Positions 38,605 to 51,212 of a stretch of DNA of 64,000 nucleotides are shown one piece after another. Below the pieces are notes generated by a model, which saw only the letters and a program-made list of their open reading frames with translations, made no database searches and had not been told where the DNA came from. Numbering within the stretch: the first letter of the stretch is position 1; every line of letters starts with the position of its first letter. This stretch comes from Vicugna vicugna (Eukaryota): NCBI GenBank assembly GCA_013265495.1, contig MU058687.1, forward strand, positions 3,536,001 to 3,600,000, written 5' to 3'. Position numbers and translations under genes: made by a program.

Positions 38605-39530
38605 TGGTGGTCAAGTTGTGGTCTGAGGACCACTTCTTCAGGGTCACCCTGGGTTCTTGTTAAAATGCAGAGTCCTGAGCCCTTCCCAGACTCACCATCA
38701 TTGTATCCATTCAGTGCTTCAGGCACAGTGCCTGGTGGAAAAACTTATAAGCCCTTTGGAGGACCTTACAGACATTGGAACCCTGAGGAGGTAACAGTAC
38801 TGGCCACAATATATAAAAAGTAAATCACAAAATCAAAATTAATAAATGTTTAATTAAATGTCTAGAAAATGTAACTATGACAACTCATCAACCACAAGCC
38901 AATTCACTCTCACATAGTTACATATAGTTACATATCATTTATATTTACAGTGGGAGGAAAATGGCTTCTAGTACGTTCCTTATGAGGTGGGCTGGTTCCC
39001 CCACACCTCATGATGCCTCTGTCCAGACCCTTTGAAATCTCAGTCTCTGGGGGTAGGACCAGGAATCTGCATGTTTGTCAGGTTTGCTGGTGATTCCCGA
39101 GAATGCTTGTCTCCCCACCTTCTAGAGATTGCCACAGGGCTGACTGAGAGGCTGGTGACTGAGGGACAAGAGCTGTATACTGGAGGGTGGTGATCATGAG
39201 AAGCTCCAAGGAAATTAAAAATAAAAACACAGTGACCTGGGCCCACTCCAGACCCATTCAATAAGCTCATCTGGGGTGGAGCCTGGGAATCTTCATTTTA
39301 AAAAGCCCTCTAGGGAGGCCTAATGATTAGCTAGATTTGAGAACCCCTGGAATTAGAGAAAGGGACCAGACTAGTGCATCTCAGACTGTGACCTGCACAG
39401 AGATCACCGGGGAATCCTGTGAAGCCCTGGATTTTGACTCAGCCACTCTTGGTTGGAGCCCCACATTCTGCATTTCTAACAAGCTTAGTGATGCTGCCCC
39501 TGCTTGTTCACAAACCGCATCAAGGGTCTG
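38605..39530. mobile_element. Cluster of three MER5-like MITEs, the first interrupted by another probable hAT element (38693-39021)
   Basis: MER5 motifs near 38605, 39190 and 39372; inner element flanked by 8-bp cccagact/tccagacc. Confidence 0.65.
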
Positions 39531-40532
39531 AGCATCGTGGACCTGGACACTGGGCTGCGATGCTGGTTTAGCTACTTACCAGGTAGGAAGGCTCCAAACA
39601 TTTTAGTAATATCCAAAAGCCCTGGAAAAGAGATTGCAATCAGTTTACCTTGAAGGCTTGGAGTTTTAACACAGGCTTCTGCGCCTGGTGAGGTTCAGTT
39701 CCCTCTTTTTAGCTCACCTCTGGATTAGAGTGCTCTCCCCAAGGCCACCAAGGCCACCCTGTGGATTTCCTGGATTTTTTAGATTATAGCCAGGGAATGG
39801 TTTGCTCAACCAGCAGAATTAGATTTGTGGCTATTACTTTTTTCCTGACTTTGTATTCCCCAGAGAAACACTTACGATGTGATTAAATGCTGGTCTTTAG
39901 AGACTAGTCCTCTTGGAAATTTGATGAGCTCTCTAGTATCCTTTAACAAATCCTTCTTCTTAAATTAATCAGGGTTTGCATTTAAGAGCTGTTGTTTGCA
40001 TTTAAGAGCTCTGACCAATATGTGCATGCTCCACCTACCACCTGTGCTCTGCCAGGTGGCTGGGGATTTCAGGTTCTTCTTTGTCCTCCAAAGGCCCCTA
40101 CAACTTATTTCCTTATATTGTGTTTGCGTGTATTTTGTCTTGATAATTTAATTGTCCTCTTGAGGACAGGATTGGGTATTCATTTATATCTTCATCTGTT
40201 TATTCAGTTAGTCAATAAACATTTATTGAATGTCAACTATATGCCTGCCAGGTACCAGCTGTCTTAACCTGGGTTTCCCAGAAAGTAGAACCTGAGACAA
40301 ATCATTTATGTGGGGTCCTTTATTGGGGGGGTGATCCCAGGGGGTAGGAGTGAGGGACAGGACATAGAAGGAGAGCCCCAACAAGGATGCACTATTGAGT
40401 TTGCCACAGCTATGGATGTCTGGGTGATAGACACCATGGGATGTCTGAGAGGCCCTATGAAACATATCCCAGGACCACCTGTCTGGGGTGGGCAAGGAAG
40501 AAGCATCTGTCCATCCACTTCTAAGCCCCACG

Positions 40533-41802
40533 TGTATTAGTTTTCTTGGGCTGCCGTAACAAATTACTACAAATAGAAATTTATTCTGTCATGGTTCTGA
40601 GGCTGGAAGTCTGAGATCAAGTTGTTGGCGAGGACAACGCTGCACCTGAAGGCTCTAGGGAAGCATCCTTCCTTGCTTCTTCCTAGCTCCTAGCGGTTGC
40701 TAGCATCCTTAGCTTTCCTTGGCTTGTAGCTGCTCACTCTAATTTCTGCTTCTATTTCACATGGCCTTCCCTCTCGCTGTGTCTGTGTGTCTCCAAATCC
40801 TCCTTATAAGGACCCCAGCCACTGATTTTAGGAATCGCTCTAATTAAGTATATCCTTAGCCTAATTTGTTTACATCTGCAAAGACTCTATTTCCATATAA
40901 GATCACATTAAAAGGTATTGGGGTGAAAGGGAAAAATTCTGTTTCTGTCTCAATTTACAGCACTATGTACTTCACTTGTGACACCAAATGTGTATAGGTA
41001 TTTTTTTCCCACACCAAGCAATTCTGTGACACCAGCTGAGTATCCTACAATTTAACCAATTCTGACACTGTCTACCTGGAGGTAGTATTGGATCCCACAG
41101 GGTAAGGGTTCCGTCCCATAAGACTGCTCTGACTTCAGATGCTAATCACAAGCACAGGTTGTCACCTGTGCTTCTGATTGGCCAGCTTTAAATTGGAGAG
41201 TCCCGCAACTCCTTCCTTGGGCTCAGTGATTCCCCAGAACGGCTCATAGAACTCAGGAAAACAGATTATTTACTAGAATACCAGTTTGTTATAAAAGGAT
41301 ATTAGTCAGGATCAGCCAGATGGAAGAGAGAGATGCACAGCGCAAGGTCTGGGGAAAGGGGTGCAGAGCTTCCATACCCTCTCCAGGCACGTCACTCTCT
41401 GTGAACCTCCAAGAGTTCACCAACTCAGAAGTCAGTACTTTGGGGATTTTTATGGAGACCTCATTACTTAGGTATGATTGATTAAATCACTGACCATCAG
41501 TGAATAACTCAACCTTTAGCCCCTCCCCCCTTCCTGGAGGTCTGGGGGTAAGTGGGTGGGACTGAAAGTTCCAACCCTGTAATAACACAATCGGTTCCCC
41601 TAACAACCAGCCCCCATCTTGAGGCTTTCCAGGAACAGCCAGTCACCAGATATCTCATTAGCATACAAAAAGATACTTAGGACTTTAAAGACCCCAAGGG
41701 TTTTAAGAGCTATGTGCCAGGCAACCAGGGCATGTATATTTATGCCACAGGGGGTTAGGATTTCAGTGTGTCTTTTTACGGGATGCAGTTCAACCCACAA
41801 CA
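40533..41802 (-). mobile_element. MLT1C-like LTR split by a MER21-like LTR
   Basis: tgtattagttttcttgggctgccgtaacaaattac...ttcaacccacaaca; TSD ccacg/ccatg. Confidence 0.85.
40924..41749 (-). mobile_element. MER21-like solo LTR
   Basis: TG...CA, 4-bp gggg TSD; reverse-complement similarity to 43664-44483. Confidence 0.8.
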
Positions 41803-43663
41803 CCATGGTTGAAGTTTCTCCCCACCATGCCAACTCCACTGTAGGTCCAGGTTGCGTATACATGGGTACCAAGCCTTGGCATGAGCAGAGGAGCCTTGGG
41901 GTGAGAGGTGAGGAGTCTCAGACATGGGCCTAAGGTGAAAGGCTCATACAGGTATAGCCTGATGGTTCAGTCAGCAGCCACACTGAGCTGTTGGCTGCAG
42001 TAGGGGCTGGAATAAGAAGACAGGCCAAAAGGATTTAAAGTGCTGCCTCTGAGGTGTCCTTCCTGATAAAGATAATACTAGGAGCTGACATTCAGCCCTT
42101 ACTATGTGCCGGACCCTGTGCTAAATACACAAGAGGGATTTTCTTCTTGAAATGTCACAACAACCCCATGCGGCAGATGCTGTTACCCCATCTTATTTGA
42201 TGAAGAATCTGAGGTTCAAGAGGTGTGTCTTAAACAGAGTTAAACCTCCCCTGCTCTAGAACGTAAGCTTCATAGGAGCAGAGACTTTGCTCAGTGCTCT
42301 AGCATTAGCATCTAGAGCAAGTTCTGGTACATAGTTGGTGCTCCATGAGTATTTTCTCACTGTTTAAATCATGGAGCTATGATCTGAAACCAGGTAGTCT
42401 GGTGCCCAGGCCCATGCCTTTAACTTTATCTAAGAAAATTTGTGATGATCAAAACAGAGAGATACTCCCCCTTTCATGAGCCACAACCCCATTCAGGAAA
42501 CAAGCCTAAATAAATAACTCTAAATATTGGATCCTAGGCTGGACCTTGCTCAGGTGGCAGGCATGCAGTGGGTGCTGCACATTTGATGGGTTGGTGCTGG
42601 GCTCACATGCCACAGGATTTGCACTTTCCACTTGGTCTGGCCCATCCTCAGCAATTGCACTTTGAACTGTTCTGCAAAGACCAGACTTTGCCCGCCAGAT
42701 GCATTTCATGACACTAATAAACATTCACACCTACCCAGAGCATTTAGATAGAAAATGGAGCCTAAAAGCTCCATGCAGCAATGTGCTTCCCCTCCTGCAA
42801 GCCAGGGGAACATTAACTGAAATGCATACGCTACGGAAACTGGCTGCATCATTATTGGAACTGATGCACACTCACTCCAGCCAATCTATTTTTATTTGAA
42901 GCACTTACGTTGCATGAAACTGAGCATAATAACTACAGTCAATAGAGATGTATTTGTTTTTATTTAAACTCATAAATGTGCTAATGCCAATAAAATTTTT
43001 TTTTCCCTCTGAAAAGTAAGACATGTATGGAGGAGATGGAAATTTATACATCCATCAAGCCACGAAGGCCCATTTTCTCAGAAACCATTTTTTGAATTGC
43101 CAGTGATTTATGGTGGCAGACTGAAGACTGAGCTGGTGAGGTTGGGAGAAGGAGAGGAAGAAAACCTATCGATGTAGTTAATTTATTTCACTCCATTTAA
43201 AGAGCAGAGGATTTAAGACTAGAGAGTGGAGGGCAGAGATGGGGTATCTGAGTGAGAGTTGAATTCTAGGAATAAGAAGGCAGTTGGATCCTCATTGCCT
43301 TCATTTTTGTTCAAATACAGGCTGAGAATTTGAGAATCAGATGGAATGGTAAGAACAGCCTGACTGTCCATGGAGTGTGTATCTTTCTAAATAAATTTGC
43401 TTTCACTTAAAAAAAAAAAAAAGATAGAGATGTGCCATGTCATTGTGATGTGGATCTTAGGCTTCCTCACCTGTAAATAGGACATCAATAGCGGCCTCGC
43501 TTGGTGGTTAAGAGCACAGATTCTCCAGCACTAGACTTCTGGACTCAAATCCTGGCTCTGGCCCTCCCGCTTATAAGTGGGTGACCCTGAGCAAGTTACT
43601 TCACCTCTCTAGGCTTTGGTTTCCTCCTTGATCTGTGAGGGGGTACTAATGCTGCAACATGCC

Positions 43664-44483
43664 TGTGATACTGTGATTTATAATAAGAAATATATACTTG
43701 GTCTTCATCCCATTTCTGGCACAGAGCTCTTAAAACCCTTGGAATTTCCTTTTTGATGAGAGCTATAAAGATGTCTTTGTTATGTTCATAGGGTGACTGT
43801 TGGAAGACCCCTAGGTTCCCTAAGAAAGGGGGCTGTTTGCCTGGGGACCCAGCCATGTGACTGGAGGGTTGGAACTTTCAATCCTACTGTCCTGACCTCA
43901 GGGAAGGAGAAAGGGACTGGAGGTTAAGTTAATCACAAATGGTCAATGGTTTCATCAAACATGCCTATGTAATGAAGCCTCCATAAAAATCCAAGGGGAC
44001 GGGGCTTAGAGAGGCTCTGGGTTGGTAACTACGAGGTGCTGGGAGAATGACATGCTTAGGGAGGCATGGAAGTTCTGTGCCCTTTCCCCAAACCTTTCAT
44101 TAAGCATCTCTTCCATCTGACTATTCTTGAGTTATATCCTTTCGTAATAAACTGATAATCTAGTGAGTAAAACGTTTCTCTGAGTTTTGTGAGCCACTCT
44201 AGAAAATTAATCAAATTGAAGGAGGAGGCAGGGTGAACTTCTAATCCATAGCCTGTTGGTCAGAACTGTGGATGGCAACCGGGCTTGCAACTGGATTCTG
44301 AAATTGGGGCAGGAGGGAGCACTTTTGTAGGACTGAGAGCTTAACCTGTGGGACCTGATGCTGTCTGCAGGTAGATAGTGCCAAAATTGAGTTGAATGGT
44401 AGGACACCCAGCTGGTGTCAGAGAATGTCTTGCTGATGTGGGGAAAGAGCCCACACACTGTAATAGGTGACCAGAATCTTCCC
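43664..44483 (+). mobile_element. MER21C-like LTR inserted in a MIR
   Basis: tgtgatactgtgatttataataagaaatatatac...ggcacagagctcttaaaacccttggaattt. Confidence 0.85.
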
Positions 44484-44968
44484 ACTGGAGGGGGAGCCAA
44501 ATTTGCCACCCTGAAATGTGTCTCTCTGGCGTGAGGATTATTTTAGGCTCATTATTTTTAAGAAACAAGACAGGAAGTTTTTCTTTATACCTCCCCCTTA
44601 ACTGCCTAAAAGAATTTAGGTAGGGAGCCTGCACCAGCAAGAGAGCTCTCATCTAAGATAAGTTTGTTTTACATAAGGAAGACTTCTCAGATTGGCAAGG
44701 CAAACATTCATTTCCCAAACATTTACTCTTCCCGTCTCCCTGTGAATTGTCTTCCTCCCTTTGAAGCCCCAGACCCTTACCACCTCCTCTTTAGCTCAGA
44801 ATAGCATGGAAGCCTAAATTGCTGACTGTCCTTGGGGCCTCGTATTCTTATGGAGCCCCGTATGTATGAGATTAAGTTTGATTTTCTCCTGTTCTTCTGT
44901 CTCATGTCAGTTTAACTATTGGACCAGCCAGAAGAACCAGGAGGGTAGAGGAAAAATTTTCCTTCGTA
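44484..44968 (+). mobile_element. MER34-like ERV1 LTR
   Basis: tgccaccctgaaatgtgtctctctggcgtgaggattatttt...gggtagaggaaaaattttt. Confidence 0.75.
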
Positions 44969-45142
44969 ATTATACCTTACAGTCTTGTTTTGAGGTTTAA
45001 AGAAGTAATGCGTATAAATTAGGACTTAGAACAGGGTCTGGTAGATAACAAGCATGCGAGTAGCTCTTCTCATCAGGAGAGCTAGAATGGCAAGTTAAAA
45101 AGTGTTTAGTCCAAAGCCCTTCATTTTACAGATGAGGGTTCT

Positions 45143-45597
45143 CTGTTAGTTTCCTATTGTCACTGTAACAAATGACCACCACACACGGCTTAAAACAACA
45201 CATATTTATCCTATGTGTGTGTCTGGATGTCAGAAGCCTGAAATAAGTCTTTCAAAGCTAAAACCGAGGTGTCCTCAGGTTCCAGGGGAGAGTCTAGCCC
45301 TCACCTCTTTCAGCTTCTAGAGGCTGTCCACATTCCTCGGCTTGTGGCTGCACCGCAGCACCTCTGCTTCTGTTGTCACGTTGTCTCCTTTTTATGAGCT
45401 CCTGGCTCCTGCTCATGAGCCCTTGTGATTACATCAGGCTCACTTGGATAATGCAGAAAACTCTTCCATCTCAAGATCCTTTACTTACTTGCAAAGTCCC
45501 TTTTACCATGTGTGGTAACACATTCACAGATTCTGGGAATTAGGGTCTGGAATTCTTTGGGATGGGGATGGGGGGTTCAATATTCAGTCTTCTACAG
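45143..45597 (-). mobile_element. MLT1C/D-like LTR
   Basis: tgttagtttcctattgtcactgtaacaaatgacc...cattcacagattctgggaattagg. Confidence 0.8.
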
Positions 45598-46165
45598 GTC
45601 CCAAAGTCATATAGCTGGTTAGCAGCATGGACTGATTTTGAGCAAAAGATTTCTGGACCCAGATGATCTTTTCATGTCCTTATGCTGCCTTGGCTCTTGA
45701 AATGACCTGGTGACTGCCCTGCAGGCACCTGGCCAGGAAGGGGAGGTATCCTAGAATGTCTGAGCTCTTCTCTCTCAGAGGAGTGGCACCTATACCAGGC
45801 TACCCCCTTGCCACTCAGCAAACTCCTAGTCCAGCAAGGCAGCAGAACCTCCTGAAGCTGCTGTGTGGAGCTTCCTAAGGGCATGTTCCCTAGGTGGCCT
45901 GTCAGCTGGAGCCTCAGGGCATGAGGTAGGCAGGCTGGATCCAAATCTTGGCTGGTGTGGAGCTGCGGTCCTGCCATGATTCACCCAGGGTGTGGAGGGT
46001 GGGCAGTGGGGAAGAAGAGCTCACTCAGCCTTGATCTTGTGGGCCAAAGAGTGGGTGGAGGGTGAACAGAATCACAGGGAGGCTCAGGAAGATAATAGAT
46101 CACTGAGTTCTTTAGAGCAGTCATTTCCAAACTTTCACCAGCTGTGATTTTTTTTTTTTAAAAAG

Positions 46166-46894
46166 CATACCCATTAGGGTGGCTATTATTTAAATAAAAA
46201 ACCCAGAAAATGGCAAGTGTTGGTGAGGATGTGAAGAAATTGTATAGTTGGTGGGAATATAAAATGGTATATTTTATATTTATATATTGTAAAGTTGGCG
46301 GGAATATAAAATGATATAGCTGCTGTGAAAAACAGTATGGCAGTTCCTCAAAAAATTAAACTCAGGACTACCGTTTGATCCAGCAATCCCACTTCTCAGT
46401 ATATACCCCCCAAACTGAAAGTAGGGCCACAGACATTTATACACCCATTTTCATAGCAGCATTCTTCACAATGGCTAAATGATGGAAGCAACCCAAGTGA
46501 CCATCAATGGTTGACTGGATAAGCAAAACGAGGTGTACACATACAATGGGATATTATTCATTCTTAAAAAGGGATGAAATTTTGACACATGCTGCAATGT
46601 GGAAGAACCTTGAAGACATTATACTAAGTAAAATAAGCCAGTCACAGAAAGGCAAATACTGTATGATTCCACTTGTATGAGATACCTGAGTCATCAAATT
46701 ATTAGAGACAGAAAGTGGAATGTTGGTTGCCAGGAGGTAAGAGGAGAGGGGAATGGAGCATTATTGTTTAATGGGACAGGGTTTTAGTTTTGCAAGATGA
46801 AAAAGTTCTGGAGATAGAAGGTGATGATGGTTGCACAAATGTGAATGTACTTAATGCCACTGAACTGTACATTTTAAAATGTTAAAATGGTAAA
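46166..46894 (+). mobile_element. L1MB-like 3' end
   Basis: gatccagcaatcccacttc...gtgaatgtacttaatgccactgaactgtaca and A tail. Confidence 0.9.
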
Positions 46895-46915
46895 AAAAAA
46901 AAAAACAACACCCCA

Positions 46916-47179
46916 ACATACCATATGATATCACTTATATGTGGAATCTAAAAAAAAGACATGAACTTATTTACAAAACAGAAATAGACTCTAAGACACA
47001 GAAAACAAACTTATGGTTACTAGAAAGGGAAGAGGGTGGGAAAGGATAAACTGGGAGTTCAAGATTTGCAGATATTAACTACTTTATATAAAATAGATAA
47101 ACAAGTTTCTTCTGTATACCACGGGGAACTGTGTTCAATATCTTGTAGTAACCTATAATAAAAAAGAATATGAAATGAA

Positions 47180-47210
<31 letters not shown>

Positions 47211-47295
47211 GACTGAAACTTTATGTGTACACCAAGAATTGACACAACATTGTAAACTGACTGTGCTTCGATTAAAAAAATTTTTTTTAAATAAA
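46916..47295 (+). mobile_element. Young L1 3' UTR next to the A tail of the older L1
   Basis: atatcacttatatgtggaatcta...tgtaaactgactgtgcttcgattaaaaaa; internal (TG)n(TA)n. Confidence 0.9.
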
Positions 47296-48896
47296 AATAA
47301 AACCCAATTCAACAGAAAAATACAGCCTCCCAAACCTGGAAACAACGATAGACAGCTGTTGGTGGGGCTGCTGAGGTTGAAGTGGGACGGGGTGCCTGCC
47401 CCCTGACTTCCCGTATCCTTTCCACCCTCCTGGGAGGCCCTGAGATAACGCCCAGCAACCCTGGATGTCGTTGGATGGCTGCCAGGAAACACCATTTAAA
47501 TCCTTGCCAAGCTACCTGAGGCATGGAGCCTGGCTCCCTGTGGCTCACAGCTAAGGCACCTTGTTTGCACTACAGGTTCTCTCACTGTAGGAAAAATTGT
47601 CCTGTCCTTGAATGGGCTCTGAGTGGCAGCAGTGGTGGAGAAAAACAGGCAATGCTGTGCCTCCCAGGGGTCCCCCTTTGGGCTCCTGATGTGCCGTGTG
47701 GTGACTGTATCAGGTCACAGCCCCTCTAAGGGCCTTGTGGAGGAGGAGGAGCTGAGGGGATGTGGAGCAGACTCGTGCTGACAGCGGGCAGCTTCCCCAG
47801 TTGGATCTGTCCCTACTGGAAAATGTGCCCTCCAAGGGCTCCCTTGTGCAGATTTGTCTCAGAAGCAGCTCAGGGTTAAGTGGGAAAAGGGTCACCACAA
47901 GCAGAAGGTGCAGAGAGTCCTCAGGTGGCCCGGATCCCGGCAGGCCTGCCATTCACACCTCCAGGTCTGCGTCTTCCTTGGCCTCCGCTCGGGGCTCTGC
48001 CTATCAGCAAACAGTCTCAGCCTAGGTGAGGCTGTGGCTTTCTCTTCCTCAGACTTGACCTCTCCTTTCTCTCTTCTTCCACCTCGTCTGAAACCTTCAT
48101 TCGCCTCCTTCCCCCAGCTGGTCCCTGTGGGCGGACAACTTGACCATACTGGCTGCTGGAAGCTGTCCAGGGCTCAGCTAGGGTGGGTTCTGAAAGGGGA
48201 GCTGGGTCATTAGCTTGGGACGATTGAACGGCCTCTGCTCCTCCCAAGTTCCTGAGGCTGCCCTGGCCGGCGCCTCTGACTGCTGAGCTGGGTGTTGGTT
48301 TTAGCAAGCTGGGATGCAAGAGGGGAATGGCAAGGGATTGGTAATATAAGAGCCCCTCACCTGTTTGAAGGGGTGAAGAAATAGCTGCCATCACGCTGTG
48401 TATGGAAAGGCTCCCGTGAGTGACAGAGACATAATGCTGTAGGAAACTAGAGATGAGAGCTGTGCCCATGTCCTGGAAGGCTTTGAGGAAGAGTCCAGGC
48501 TTCAACATGGGCCATGAGGGGGCAGGGGGATGTATTAGATGTCTTTCAGTTGTGAGGGAAGAAAAAGTCAAGCCAATAAAGGGGACGTTATAGCCAGATG
48601 TAGATGTAGATAGATTGAGGCCGATTTTGGTTCTCAAGTGATGTCACCAGGAATATTTCTCTCTGTCTCTCAGTCCTGCTTTCTCTGTGTTGGCTTCTTT
48701 CCCCCCACATGTTGGCAACATGGCTTCTAGAAGCTCCAGGCTTACACCCATCTGCTCAGCAGGGAGGCGAGTGGGCAGGCTGCTTGTGTGAGTGTAGAGG
48801 TTTCATGCAGGAGATATATTTGGAAGATTAAAGATAAAAGTTTAAAAAATAGATTGGGTTCAGGTTGTGGGTGTTTTTGAATGCTAAGCTAAGGAT

Positions 48897-49178
48897 TTGG
48901 GCTTTATTGAAGGTTTTGAGTAGGGAAGGAACATGGTTAAATTGGCATCTTGAGAATTGGTGTAGTGAGGTTGGTCTAGAGAAGTGAGAGGCTGGGGGCT
49001 GAGAGATTATTTAGAAGGGTGTTACCGAAGTCTAGGGTTGGGCTTTATTGAAGGTTTTGAGTAGGGAAGGAACATGGTTAAATTGGCATCTTGAGAATTG
49101 GTGTAGTGAGGTTGGTCTAGAGAAGTGAGAGGCTGGGGGCTGAGAGATTATTTAGAAGGGTGTTACCGAAGTCTAGGG
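48897..49178 (+). repeat. Perfect 141-bp tandem duplication within an L2-like fragment
   Basis: 48897-49037 equals 49038-49178 by eye. Confidence 0.95.
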
Positions 49179-51212
49179 GTAAGAATATATACATGTGAGG
49201 AGCCCCAGTAAGGATATCCATGCGTGAAGTTTCACCTGGGATAAGCAGATCCCAGCAAGGCAGAGAAGTACCCATCACCTCCAGCCTGCTGTTGGCAGCA
49301 CTGAGAATTCCACCCACAAGTCAGCAAAGATTACGACCCCTCCTCTGACCTGCTGGGCATCTGGCATCAGGTAGTTATTTCTGCTAGAAAATGTTTCCTT
49401 TTCAGGGAAAACCGAAAGCAGAATCTTTATATAATTTGTTGTGTCAGGAAAGGTTGGCACTAAAGAACCATTTACTGCCCACCACAGGGCACTCCGTCAT
49501 TGTTCCTAATCTTATCTCTTGTTAATTTGCAGGGGGAAATTGGGCTTTCATAAATTTAAAGCAGTTATTGAATATCTACCATATGTTAAACCTCACAGTG
49601 GGTACTGGGACTAAAAGACGAACCAAAAGAGATTTTATCATTTGTGATTCTTTTGATTGCAATTAATGGAAACCAATCCTGGCTAATGTAAGCCAGATGG
49701 ACAGGTAATAGGAAGGATATTGGAATGGTTTCAGAATCTACAGAAGAGGCCTCTGGGAGAGCAGGAACCAGGCCTTTCTAGAGCCCCCAGTTGCCTCCTC
49801 ACTAGGAGTCAGAGGGGTTGCAAAGATCTCTACCCTCACATCTCCTCAAGTCTCACATTCCTACGTGAGGGAATCTGATTGGCTCAGACTTGGATGAGGT
49901 GTCCTTCCTGGAACTGATAAGCTGTGACAAGAGGTTCAGAGTCACATAGCAAAGACACAGCTAACCTTGGGAAATGGACCAGAGAAAAGGAAATAAACTC
50001 CTGTTTTGAGTCAGGCAGCTACCCACATATGTCTACTACAAAAGCCCTTGTTTTAAAGACCACTATTGTAATCCCACTCATTCTTGGTTTGAGGTGGATG
50101 GGAAAGACTGATTTCATATCTGGCTTTTCACGATTGTGTAATGTGTTGTCCCCTCCCTTGGTAGGAAGTAATTTCCTCCAGATACAGTGTTACCGAAGTC
50201 TAGGGGTAAGAATATATACATGTGAGGAGCCCCAGTAAGGATATCCATGCGTGAAGTTTCACCTGGGATAAGCAGATCCCAGCAAGGCAGAGAAGTACCC
50301 ATCACCTCCAGCCTGCTGTTGGCAGCACTGAGAATTCCACCCACAAGTCAGCAAAGATTACGACCCCTCCTCTGACCTGCTGGGCATCTGGCATCAGGTA
50401 GTTATTTCTGCTAGAAAATGTTTCCTTTTCAGGGAAAACCGAAAGCAGAATCTTTATATAATTTGTTGTGTCAGGAAAGGTTGGCACTAAAGAACCATTT
50501 ACTGCCCACCACAGGGCACTCCGTCATTGTTCCTAATCTTATCTCTTGTTAATTTGCAGGGGGAAATTGGGCTTTCATAAATTTAAAACAGTTATTGAAT
50601 ATCTACCATATGTTAAACCTCACAGTGGGTACTGGGACTAAAAGACGAACCAAAAGAGATTTTATCATTTGTGATTCTTTTGATTGCAATTAATGGAAAC
50701 CAATCCTGGCTAATGTAAGCCAGATGGACAGGTAATAGGAAGGATATTGGAATGGTTTCAGAATCTACAGAAGAGGCCTCTGGGAGAGCAGGAACCAGGC
50801 CTTTCTAGAGCCCCCAGTTGCCTCCTCACTAGGAGTCAGAGGGGTTGCAAAGATCTCTACCCTCACATCTCCTCAAGTCTCACATTCCTACGTGAGGGAA
50901 TCTGATTGGCTCAGACTTGGATGAGGTGTCCTTCCTGGAACTGATAAGCTGTGACAAGAGGTTCAGAGTCACATAGCAAAGACACAGCTAACCTTGGGAA
51001 ATGGACCAGAGAAAAGGAAATAAACTCCTGTTTTGAGTTTGGCAGCTACCCACATATGTCTACTACAAAAGCCCTTGTTTTAAAGACCACTATTGTAATC
51101 CCACTCATCCTTGGTTTGAGGTGGATGGGAAAGACTGATTTCATATCTGGCTTTTCACGATTGTGTAATGTGTTGTCCCCTCCCTTGGTAGGAAGTAATT
51201 TCCTCCAGATAC
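49160..51212 (+). repeat. Tandem duplication of about 1026 bp (period 1027)
   Basis: 49160-50185 vs 50187-51212; ORF pairs offset by 1027 (49275/50302, 49924/50951); 4 substitutions seen. Confidence 0.97.

Larger units (their letters stand above)
40260..42060 (+). mobile_element. LTR33/LTR41-like ERVL LTR (outer host, split at 40532/41803)
   Basis: tgtcttaacctgggtttcccagaaagtagaacctgagacaa start; resumes after the MLT1 insertion. Confidence 0.65.

Noticed and set aside
39974..40010. 17-bp direct repeat; similar micro-duplications near 2678, 38912, 51650 and 55994
   Set aside because: Ordinary slippage duplications; two copies only, not a CRISPR-like array
48017..48637. Longest ORF (206 aa, minus)
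   Set aside because: Non-ATG start, begins in an MLT1-like repeat, no recognisable domain
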